Positions 28,455 to 61,150 of a stretch of DNA of 64,000 nt are shown here, in pieces. The first letter of the stretch is position 1; every line of letters starts with the position of its first letter. The notes under the pieces are model-generated. The model searched no databases. It was not told the DNA's origin and saw nothing but the letters and a program-made list of their open reading frames with translations. A program made the translations under genes and the position numbers. Origin of the DNA: Octopus sinensis (taxonomy: Eukaryota); the NCBI RefSeq assembly GCF_006345805.1, contig NC_043024.1, positions 806,001 to 870,000 on the forward strand, written 5' to 3'.

Positions 28455-28736
28455 AAGGAAGCCAGATGCTTGATGGCAGCGAAGCAAGTACAATGTTGTG
28501 ATGTTGGCGAAGGAGATGGAGGAAGGGAGAAGCGAGAGGCTGATCGTTGTGGATGGCTTGGAGCGAGCCTTCTCTTGATTGTTACACACAATGAAACAAA
28601 TAAAGTGATAAACAAGTGCCGAGACAAAGGAATGGCTTGAACAATATACAAACACGCGAAACGTATATAAATATATTTATAAATATATAAACGCACTTAC
28701 CATGAACTTGTGAATCTTGGAAGCAGAAAGGGAACT

Positions 28737-29145
28737 CTTCTTACTGATGAAACCAATAAACTCCAACAGCTTTTATGCTGCAACTCAACTGCACCTCCAC
28801 TGCACTTCCACTGCACCCTTTCCAGCATCTACTTTTCCGTCGTCTCTCTCTATCCTAATATCTCTCTCTTTCTCTGTCGTCTCTCTCTCTATCGTAATAT
28901 GTTTCTCTTTATCTCAAGCGCTATCTTCGCCGTTATTCTCTTTATTTCTTACTGATGAAACCAATAAACTCCAACAGCTTTTATACTGCAACTCAACTGC
29001 ACCTCCACTGCACTCTTTCCAGCATCTACTTCTCTGTCGTCTCTCTCTCTCTTTCGCTATCGTCTCTCTCTATCGTAATATGTGTATCTGTCTCTCCTTT
29101 CTCTTTATCTCAAGCGCTATCTTCGCCGTTATTCTCTCTATTTCT
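28737..29145. repeat. Diverged ~210-bp tandem duplication
   Basis: TCTTACTGATGAAACCAATAAACTCCAACAGC...CTCAAGCGCTATCTTCGCCGTTATTCTCT occurs twice. Confidence 0.9.
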
Positions 29146-32100
29146 TCACCTCTCTAATTTTTTTTCTTTCTCAAGCTCTATCTTCGACTTTATTTTCTGC
29201 ATTTCTTTCCCAGTCTCTAACAACTTACTATTTTCTCTCTCTCCTTTCTCAAGTTATCAAGTTCTGTCTCTCTTTATCGTTTTCTCACAAGTTTCCCCTC
29301 ATCTCCTTCTCTAATCCTGTCTCAGTCTCTACTTTCTCTAAGTTTATGCAATCTTCATCTGTTTATATCTCCACCTTATTTGCCTTATTTTCTTCTTTAA
29401 TTTTCCTTCTCTCTATTTTTACCTCATTCTCTTCTTTCTCTCCCTTACTCTTCTCTCTATTGTCTTCTTCTTTTCTGTCTCCAACTTTGTGCTCTCTCAC
29501 TTTCATTTTAAATAGTAACTCCCTCAATTTATCATATATATATACATATGATGAAATAATCCTGTCTACCCACATACAGGTATATCTGTGTAAATTCTTT
29601 TTTATTGCAACTCAACTGCTGCTCGACTTCATTTTATTCCAGCCTCTAGTTTTCCATCACTTTTCCAATCTGTTTCTTTCTCATATGTAAATGTATTTAT
29701 GTTATGTGTGTGTTCTTCAATTAGTGATATGTGTGTATATATATGTATATAGATAGATAGATAGGTAGTGGGCATACAGGATTCTTTCATCATGCCTTAA
29801 GGTTTCATACAATTAACTTTATCATCAAAAGTATTCATCAGTAGATCTTAAGTAATAAAATGATAGTCAGGGTATTTAAAATTACTGGACATAAGTGTTT
29901 GCCAGAGATAAACAACAATCATCTTATCATGCAAAGAAGCATTTTAAATGGTAGATCACTGATAAAAAAATTTCCTGTCTCTTATCAACAAACACTTTCT
30001 AAAAGCGCAGAGATTTTAGCCATTGTTCAGTAAAAGGAATGTAAAAGGGTGTTTCAGTTGTATAAGTGATATGTCTAGCATCAAAGATGCTTAAGAAGGA
30101 TTCTGTGGCTGTATTAGTAAGACCACGTGACTAAGGAAAACATTCCAAAGAGAGCCAACGTAAGACCGCTTGTTGGAATCATCACAAAATGAAGACAAAA
30201 ACTAACAGGTCACATACTCCAACTATCAGAACACTATCGGAGGGAAGAAATTATATGATGCAGAACATTCATAACTGACATGAGAGAAGCCAATATCACA
30301 TTGTTGTATGTAGTGAAAATTGCAGCTAACAGAAACCCGTGGCATCAACTTGCTGCCCAATCTACTCAAGAACACAGGAGGAATTGATACTGGTACCATA
30401 ATGAGCCACAATTCAGATACCCTACAGCTGTGCCAAGAGGCCAACATGCAGTATTTATGTGCCCCTTGGAAAGGGCTGACAGGCAAATAGGTAAAGGTAC
30501 CCCTTTAACATCATTGTCTTCTCATAGGCCCAGTTGTCTGGTTTCCATGGTGTGTAAGTGAGCAAGGTCACAACATTCCCTCTCAACATGATGCTAGTCT
30601 GTCACAGGGTCACACATTTAAAACTGAGTGAACTGGAGAAATGTGAAACAATGTGTTTTGCTCAAAAATAAAACTCTGCCAATGTAGGAATTGAAACCAT
30701 TGTCTTGGAATGGCAAGTGCAAAACCCTAACCACTCACTCACTGGCAGTCTGTCAGTTATGATGATGAAGGTTTCAGTTGATCTGATGGGGAACTCAAGT
30801 CAAAAACCAGTAAGTATGGAGAAAGCTTAGCAAGCCATAATGGCCACTTCCATGGCTTTGGTCAGCTCAGATCTATAGTAGAAGATACTTACCCAAGGTA
30901 CTAAGTAAAGCATTTGATATTAGCAAACTCTGCTATTAAGTCTGACACGAGAGCTTTCTAAGTTGCCTGGTTATGATTTTACCATTACGAGTTCAACTGG
31001 GGAGGGAGCAAGGGGGACAGTCAACTCCAGCTGATGCTTTTATGAGGGCAGTACTTTTGAGCCTGCAGTATAAACTTGTATAGGCTGTATTGGCCCCAGG
31101 AGGGAAGCAAACTCAAGGGCTATCACAAATGGCACATACTTTAGCTATGTCACTGTGCTGGGCCTTCTCTCCCACACTTTCTATCAAATCTAATTCAACC
31201 TAACATCTAGCAATGTCTCTTCGACATTAATGACCTCCTTACTTTCAATTTCAACACTAACTCCCTTGCAGAGTCTGGAGATGAAGCACAATTCAAAGAG
31301 TCTGCAGATAGCAATGGTTTGTGTACTCACTTGATAGAGCAGAAGTGCCAGGCTGTTGCCAAGCAATAATGGTTGAATGGTCCAAGCTGGAACCTTAGCC
31401 AGACAGGAGTTGTTTCTCAAAAGCATCACAACCTCAAGGTGGGTATGCCTTAGTTCAGTGAGCACCATCTGCATGGTGAGTGGCAGCATTGCCCTTCTGG
31501 GGTATCACTTCAGAACCATCCTACCCAACTTGTTTGAAGAGATCGAGGCAAAAAGGATTGCTTGCATATGACTCAACTAGCCATTCAGAATGTCATGCTT
31601 CGTAGAGCAGCCCCCACATTGAGATCTCTCGAGTCTCTTCTTGCGAACAACACAATCCACCCTTCAAGAGGCATCTGGCGGATGGTAGCCACAACTTTGT
31701 TGGTGATGGAGGAGACAAAGCAGAATTGTTGTTGGTATGTAGTTCAACAGCAAGTCACCATGTGCAATGATGTGTTGTTGCTGTTAAGCAACAAGACGGG
31801 TAAGGGTGATTAGGTGATGGTGTAGGGCTTAGGGGCGGGAAACCCTAAACCTTGGAAAAAAAAAGAAACTTTGGTCGTCTTGTTGTAGTCGAGGGCTCTT
31901 CGTTGACACCTGACACCACTGGGAGGTGGCCCTCGAAGTCGCTGGAAATGTTGATCTCCAGGTCCAAATTCTTGAACGGCTGCAATGATGTGTGCCCTGT
32001 AAAGTGGTTTTGTCTCTCAAGTCCCACTGTGCAGTGTAGTTGAATTTTCCAGGTCAAAGTTTTAGAGCCAAAAAATGTTAGTTGACTTATATACCAAGGT

Positions 32101-35100
32101 GAATTTGGAGGACCAAACATTCCACGTGAAATGCAGCAGGATTTGAAAAGATAGGGACAATGTCTGGATGTTTGCACTATGTTGACTTGGATGCTGGAAA
32201 ATAGGGTATTTCATAAGAAACTATGTACTGTATGGGGTAGAATTAATAGTGTTGCCGAGTGGATAACTGTTGATTAGTTAAGTGGCCTTCTTTTGCTTAT
32301 AGTCTAGAACGACTGTTATGGCAGCACCGTTCTATACAGATGAGCTGTATTCAAATGGAGATTTTATTTGAGTTTTATATATCGTCAGCAACTAACCAAA
32401 GCTGATATCTGTTGGCTTGAAAAAGAATCCAGTTTTTGTGATATAGTTTAGCAATGTTGTACATATTGGTTGCCAGGAGAAATCCTCAGCGTTTGTGTTT
32501 GTATGGCAGCAGTCGAATGACTGAAACAAGGAAAAGAATATATATATGTGTGTATGTATATATATATATTACATATGATGGGCTTCTTTCAGTTCCACTC
32601 ACAAGGCTTTGGTCTGTTCTAGGCTATAGTAGAAAATAGAAAATACTTGTCCAAGGTGCTACACAGTTGTCCCAATAAAGTGTTTGCCAACCAGCCTGGG
32701 GTTTGAACTCTTGTGGTCAGTAACATGGTATGCTTTAAATAATCCAAGCTACCTAGGTGTAAGATTACGAATTGAGACATAGTTGCTTAACCTGCTAGAA
32801 GTAGTAGTCAAATCATCCTCATCAAATTATAGCCCACTCTCTTAATGAAGGATCGAAACACTGCATTATAATCCAAGATATCTCTTGAGGTAGGATGTAT
32901 TATGCTTGATCAAGATCAGGGCTAAACAACAGTAGAAGCTCTCACAAGCAGCAGCTGAGATACAAGGGAGATAAATACGAGCGGATTTGATTTTGATAGC
33001 TTTTGATGCCTTCTAAACGGAACAAGGAGGATAATCGGAGCAGTGGGTGTGTATTCTTATACGTGTTTCAGTCATTTGAGCGTGGCCATGCTGTAGCACA
33101 GTCCCGAAGAGTTTTAGTCAAACAAATTAACCCCAGGACTTTATTTATTCTATCAGTTTTTTTTTTTGCCGAACCGCTAAGTTACGGGGGATGGAAACAC
33201 ACCAACATTGGTTGTCAAGTGATGATGTAGGGACAGATACATATGTGTATATCTATGTGTCTGTGTTTGTTATATATCACGGGTTTCTTTCAGTTTCCGT
33301 CTACCAAATCCACTCGCAAGGTTTTGGTCGGCTCAAAGCTATATGTAGAAGACACTTGCCCAAGGTGCCATGCAGTGGGACTGAACCCAGAACCATGTGG
33401 TTAAAAAGCAAGCTACTTGACACACAGTCACGCCTGTGTGTGTATATATATATTTATACTTTTACTTGTTTCAATCATTTGCACCACATTCAGTCGAACA
33501 AAATTGACCCCAGGACTTATTCTTTCTAAGTCTGTTATTTATTCTATTGGTCTCCTTTGCCAAACCGCTAGTTTACGGGGGACGCAAACATACCAACACC
33601 GGCTGTCAAGCGATGGGGGGATGGACAGGGAGACAAACACAGACACATCCTTATATATAAACCCCCATACCTGGAGCCTTCCCTTATTGGACCTGAAACT
33701 CATGTTGGACTGTGAACCTGAACGCTGGTGAGCATGGATATATATTTACATGTGCACAGAAGTACACGTATGCTTAGGTGTAGGGACATGTCCATATATG
33801 CACGCGTATGGTGTAACCCGCTCCTTTTTTAGAAAGTTTATGTAAGGGTGTGTACGGATGTGCAGACCTCGACTCTCACTTGGTGTCCTGAATAATAAAA
33901 TGAACCCTAAAAATAATTTATATATTATCATGTGATTGACCAGACTATCGGATGTTGTTACATATCGCTGGTCACAATGCGCTTTGCATCATAATAGCCT
34001 TTGAATGAAGAAAAAAAATCTCCCAGTGAAACATTTGATAACAATGTGTAATGGATGACAAAACATATTGAGAATCTGGAATCAAACCATTGTTTTGTCT
34101 TTTTTTTAGGAATATGTAAATTACTTTGCAAAGAGAAAGCTTCCACAATTTGAAGAATCCCAAAGTTGGTCCACATCAGAGTTCGGTTCTTGAGTTAGGT
34201 CTTTGTGCACTTATGTAAAACCTGTGTCAAAATAGAGAGAAGCCTGGTGCAGTCTTCTACCTGGCCAACTCCTGTCAAACCATCCAACCCATGCCAGCAT
34301 GGAAGGCAGACATTAAACGATGATGATGATGATGATGACACAAAATGTTAGTGAAGAATGGCAAATAAATAGAATCTTCTTTAGTTTCTGGAGAAGTGGC
34401 ATTGATTTGTACAGGTCCTAATCTGTGTAGAAATTTCTGTCTATACAAAGCCATCAAGCTCCGTCTATATGCAGGGATTCTCACCTTTTGACTTGCTTCA
34501 TCAACCAGCTTGTGCAAGACACTCTTTTTATCTTGTAAGCACAACAAGGCCTTTATTTAACCAGCATTTTGATTGAAATGAGACATGAAACAAACAAAAT
34601 ACATAAAAAGCCATTTTGGATTTGCCAATCATCTTGTTATGGTGAAAATACTTCCAGAGAATTCCACAGATGTTTTATGTGATTTTCTTTCATTTGTTCA
34701 CCAACCTCTGTCTGAGTGTACCTCAACATAACCCCCACCATCACCATTTAATGCCCATTTTCCATGCTGGCATGGGTTAGACTATTTGACTGGAGAGCTG
34801 CGTCAGGCTCCAGTTGTCAGTTTTAGCTTCGTTTCTATGGCTGGATGACCCTTCCTAAGGACAACCCCTTATACAAAATGTACTGGGTGTTCTCTGTGCC
34901 ATTGGCCTGGCTGCCTCTGTGTGCATATAATGTTTGCTATGAATATTATTGTTTGGAAGAGCATCTAGCTGTAGAAACCAGCCAAAGCAGAAATTGGAGC
35001 TCGGCAGTCATCCAGCTTCTCAGCTCCTGTCAAACTGTCCAACCCATGCCAGGATGGAAAATGATCGTTAAGTAATGACGATGATGATGATGAAAATTTT

Positions 35101-35297
35101 ACAAACAGCCTCTCACAAATTATCTTTAAGTTGCCCACGTCCCTTAACACGTTTCCATGCAGATCAATCCATAAATCCACAAAACAAGATACAATTGTTT
35201 TACTTCTCCAACCAATTAAGGCTCAAATTGTCCCCAAAACCCAAACATAACACCTGAAGATCTTTTTTTTTTAAAGAAAAAGGAAAATTCAAAATGA

Positions 35298-35303
35298 TTT
35301 ATT
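35298..35303 (-). terminator. Probable DKC1 polyadenylation signal
   Basis: AATAAA about 670 nt after the stop, followed by T-rich and GT-rich downstream elements. Confidence 0.55.
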
Positions 35304-35627
35304 GTGTCCATTGATGTAAAGTTATAACAATGACCAGCTGTAATATGATGCAAGAAGGTGTGAAGAAAAGGTATTGTCTTTTTAATGTCAATGAAAACCA
35401 TTGGAGTCCATGATTTGTTGAAGAACAAATATTGAGTGTAAAATTCTATGAAAGAATTAAATGTAACAGAAAAATGATCTCAATAGGTCTTTTGTAAGTT
35501 TACATTGATGGAAAAGCAAATATATATATTATATATATATACACACACACACACACAAACATACATGTATACATATATTACACACACATACACATTATAT
35601 ATATATACACACACATTATATATATAT

Positions 35628-35675
<48 letters not shown>

Positions 35676-35972
35676 TATATTATATATATATACATATATA
35701 TATATATATAGCAGAATAGTGCCTTTAAGTAAGCCAGTCTGAGAAGTACACAGAAGTCTATGCTATTTGTAATCCAACAATATTACAAAGGCCTTTGAGG
35801 GCCTTTAGTAAATTAGAAGTGGGGGCCACTGAGGAATGAACCAGGCTAAGTCAGATTTGCAGGAATGGAGGAATGGACTTCCCTGCTGAACCGGATCAGC
35901 CTTTTCCACCTTACCTTGGTGTGCTTCTCCCTAATTTGCTATGTGTACTTCTCATATATACATATATATTAT

Positions 35973-56961
<20,989 letters not shown>

Positions 56962-57106
56962 GACGCCTTGGCTGGGTCCACGTGGTGTTTGGGCGATGGG
57001 CTGCGCTGCCGAACCGACTTGTAACGGCGATGCTCATTGGCCAATCGCACTATAAACAACGTTATTACGTTATTTTAACCCTAGGCCTGTTTAATGTGGT
57101 CGTTCT

Positions 57107-57290
57107 GGCGAACCGGCAGAATCGTTAGCACGCCGGACGAAATGCGTGGCAGTATTTCGTCTGCCGCTACGTTCTGAGTTCAAATTCCGCCGAGGTCGAC
57201 TTTGCCTTTCATCCTTTCGGGGTCGATATAACCGACTTAATCCGTTTGTTCTCTCTATGTTTAGCCCCTTGTGGGTAGTAAAGAAATAGG
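57107..57290 (+). mobile_element. Meta-domain-like SINE in the DKC1 promoter
   Basis: Same family as 44163; flanked by a ~45-bp imperfect direct repeat. Confidence 0.8.
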
Positions 57291-58259
57291 TATTACTGTT
57301 ATTTTAAACCTTGGCCTGTTAAATGTTGTCATTCTGTCCGGTGATATACGGGACATATTTCCCTGGTGTCGGTGCATCGGATATGATACACATCTTTTTA
57401 TCATGGTTTGTTTCAGTCGTTGAATTGCGGCCATGCTGGGGGCACTGCCTTGAAGGATTATACTCGTACGAATCGACCCCCACTTTTTATTATTTTTTTT
57501 AAACGTGGTACTTATTCAATCGATCTCTCTTGTGCAGAAATGCTAAGCTACGGAGACGTAAACAAACCAACACCGATTTCTGGCGGTGGTGGGGAACAAA
57601 CACGGACACACACACAAGAGTGATTCAGAAAGTAATGCAATTTTTATTTGCCTTCGTCTCCATATGTGTCGGGCTTTTTTTCTGTCTCCGTCTGCCAAAC
57701 TCACTCAATAAATCTTTGCTCGGCCCGGGGCTATAGCAAAAGACACTTACCCAAGGTGACACACAGTGGGACTGAACCTGAGACCATGTGGTTAGGAAGC
57801 AAACTTGTTACCCAACCCCCAGAGTAACTTGGAACGAAAGGAAAGCTTTATATTGCCCAAAACATATGGAACATGGGTTCACTTAAAGTCTGAAAACGTT
57901 TAGATAAATGCTTTGGACAGGCAACCTCTGAGTCAGTCCTGATTGACCAGACTTGTGCTCAAAGGTATTCCAACCATGGCCATCACATCTTTCTTCCCTA
58001 TCACCACCACCACATATAGCAGTGGTGTCACGTGGATCAGCAGTGCCTGAAGCAAGGCAAGTTTTGCGCTCCGATACCATGAGGGCATTTGGCTTTTCCA
58101 GTGCCTTAACCTCACCATTGCCTGTGCTAATGCTGTGAAAGAGTTGGCTTGATTCCGTAGGTTCCGTTATCCCTTGTGGTGTAGGACCAATTGAAACATT
58201 TGGTACTGCAGGGATGTTTTTTATCCCCGCCCCCACTCACTTTCTTTTGCAAAAGTTTA

Positions 58260-58620
58260 CAATCATCATCATTATCGTTTAGCGTTCGCTTTCCATGCTG
58301 GCATGGGTTGGACGGTTCAACTGGGGTCTGGGAAGCCAGAAGGCTGCACCAGGCCCAGTCTGATCTGGCAGTGTTTCTACAGCTGGATGTCCTTCCTAAC
58401 GCCAACCACTCCGTGAGTGTAGTGGGTGCTTTTTACGTGCCACCGGCACAGGTGCCAGACTTGTCTGGCAAAAGGCCATGATCGGATGGTGCTTTTTATG
58501 TGCCACTAGCATGGGGGCCAGGCGAGGCTGGCAACGGCCACGAACGGATGGTGCTTTTTACGTGCCACCGGCACTGGTATCTCAGCTGCAATTTCCATTG
58601 ATCGATTTCGATTCTGATTC
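58260..58620 (-). mobile_element. (GAT)n-tailed RTE-associated SINE / LINE 3' end (representative of many copies)
   Basis: GTTGGCGTTAGGAAGG..CCAACCCATGCCAGCATGGAAAGCG..GATGATGA tail, recurring at e.g. 13115, 37975 and 45725. Confidence 0.75.
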
Positions 58621-59528
58621 TCACTTGCCTCAACAGGTCTTCACAAGTAGAGTTTTGTGTCCCAAGAAGGAAAGGTATGCATAAGTGGACTGGCTATGCA
58701 TACCACTTCCGGAAGAATAAAAAAATAGCTGGATTTTTTTAAATTTGCGCTGAGGGCAATCTCACCTGTGGCCTGCCCACTCTACATTACTGATATAAGG
58801 CATACCTAGAACTTCATCCTACCAATAGAAACTACTGAAATATGTTTATAAGGTATGAAATCCTTAGTGTTACCTTTTTATTTTGTCTAAGACAATATTT
58901 CTCAGCCGTTTCTACCCATTTCTACCCCTTCCCTTACTAATCCCTTGGGATGGATTTCCATGGACATTTGATGTTTAAAAACTAGTTTTCCAGACGCTTC
59001 TTTCAAAATTCATATTTTGCTTTGCCTTTCATGCATTCCCTTTATCTCTCCTTTTTTTTTTTTCTACTTGTCTCAGTCATTAGACTACGGCCATGCTGGG
59101 GCACCGCCTTGAAGAATTTTTTAGTCGAATGAAACAACTTCAGTACTTATTTTTTTTAAAGCCTGGTATTCATTCTATCGGTCTGTTGGCATCAGGAAGG
59201 GCATCCAGCTATGGGAACCATGCAAAAGCTGACACCGGAGCTTAAGACAGCCCTGCAGCTTGCTGGTGCCCAGTCAAACCATCCTACCCATGTCAATATA
59301 GAAATCGGACATTAAATGATGATGACTTCCCATCGTATCCCTGTTGCAGTCCCTTATCACGTTCTTCTCCTTCCTCATCTGCTCTTATTTCCTTTCCTTC
59401 TCTTCCCCTTTCCCAAACTCATATCCATCACATCCAACTCTATCTCCATCTCACTTACCCAACCACTCACTGGTTCTGGTCCTCAATCCTGATTCTTTTT
59501 CTCATATTCCCCTTGAACCTTCACATCA

Positions 59529-59569
<41 letters not shown>

Positions 59570-60451
59570 AGATGAAAAAGTCATGTAGTCACCTCTTCAG
59601 CAAGAATCTTGTTCATCATCATCATCATCATTTAACGTCCATTGTCCAGGCCAGCATGGGTTGGACAGTTTGACCAGAGTTGGTAAGCTGCACCAGGTTC
59701 CAGTCTGATTTGGCATAGTTTTTATGGCTGGATGCCCTTCCTAACCCCAGCCACTTTCAAGATCGTGCTGGGTGCTTTTTATGTGGCACTACACAGACAC
59801 TTTTACGTGGAACAGCACAGGTGCTTTTACGTGGCACTGTATTGGCACTTTTACATGGCACCATACTAGTGCTTTCATGTGGCACGGCACTGGTGTTTAT
59901 ACATTCCTGTCCCTCTATCATACTTTCATATCCCTCAACACTATCCTCCACACAGTTGAGGGGCCTTGCCTTGCCAGTGTTTGGTGACCTCACTAGTGCT
60001 GGTGCCATGAGAAAAGCACTCAGTACACTCCGTGAAGTGGCTGGCATTAGGAAGGACATCCTGCCAAAGCAGAAACTGGAGCTTGGCATAGTCCTCTGGT
60101 TTGTTGATTTCTGTTCAACCATCCAGTCCATGCCAATATGAGGAAAGGAACATTAAATGGTGATGATGATGATGAGGAAAATGATGATGATATAGACAAC
60201 AAATTTCTTTTAGTTTCTGTCAAGCAAATTACTTTACGAGGCATCAGTCAGCTGAGAGGAATAGTAGAAGACAGTTGCCCAAGGTGTCATGCAATGGGGT
60301 TGAACCTGAGGCTACAGGATTGAGAAGCGAACCTCTTTACCAAACAGCCATGCCTGTGCCTGTCAAAATAGGCAGAGTCATGGCTGTTTGATTTTTCAGA
60401 TTAAATGAATAACACAAAAGACTCGTTAAGATTACAATGGTAACTATGTCA

Positions 60452-60457
60452 TTTATT
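60452..60457 (-). terminator. Probable DPY19L1 polyadenylation signal
   Basis: AATAAA about 540 nt after the stop, GT-rich sequence downstream. Confidence 0.5.
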
Positions 60458-60630
60458 CAAATATACCTTACATTAAATGCTTAATGGAAATCATGTATAT
60501 GTGTATAAATATATATATATACAAATATACACACCACACACATGTATGTATGTATATATATTTATATATATATTTACACATACACATACATATAAATACA
60601 TACACACGCATACAGATACCATAGCATATA

Positions 60631-60670
<40 letters not shown>

Positions 60671-60999
60671 TATATATTATATATATGTATGGTAACATAA
60701 ACATCAACACGTGTGTGTGTGTGTGTGTGTTTATATGATAATATTTATAAAAGTATGTTGTTGAAATGCATTTAGTAATGAAATTCTGATGAGAACAGAC
60801 TCTCCATTCTGTTTTAAATCTAAAGAGAAAATCAACAGTAAAAAAAAACGAAGAGAAAACGGCAGGGGAGAGGGGCAAGGGGGAGGGTCTTCTCTCCACA
60901 GGAATGTTTTTTTATTTCCTAACCACCCATGTTTAAGGTTCAAACTCAGACAGATTCATTAGTGTGTGTGTGGGGGGGTGAGGGATGGTGGAGGGGGTG

Positions 61000-61150
61000 T
61001 CATTGCACTTTCAACACTGTGTAAACTTCATTTCGATAGACCGTCTTGAAGTAGGGTTCGGCATTCTCATTTAGCGTCAAACAAACTGGTTTCTTGTTTT
61101 GGTTCACTTTGTCACTCAAATCCCAGATCTCCGGCATGGCACAACCCTCT
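61000..61150 (-). CDS. DPY19L1: DPY19L1-like terminal exon
   Basis: EGCAMPEIWDLSDKVNQNKKPVCLTLNENAEPYFKTVYRNEVYTVLKVQ-TGA. Confidence 0.93.

Noticed and set aside
31150-32180. Coding-like block with short ORFs
   Set aside because: No consistent frame, splice structure or recognisable domain.
60780-60825. Hammerhead-like CTGATGA plus stem
   Set aside because: Stem II is followed by TAAA rather than GAAA, and stems I and III are absent.
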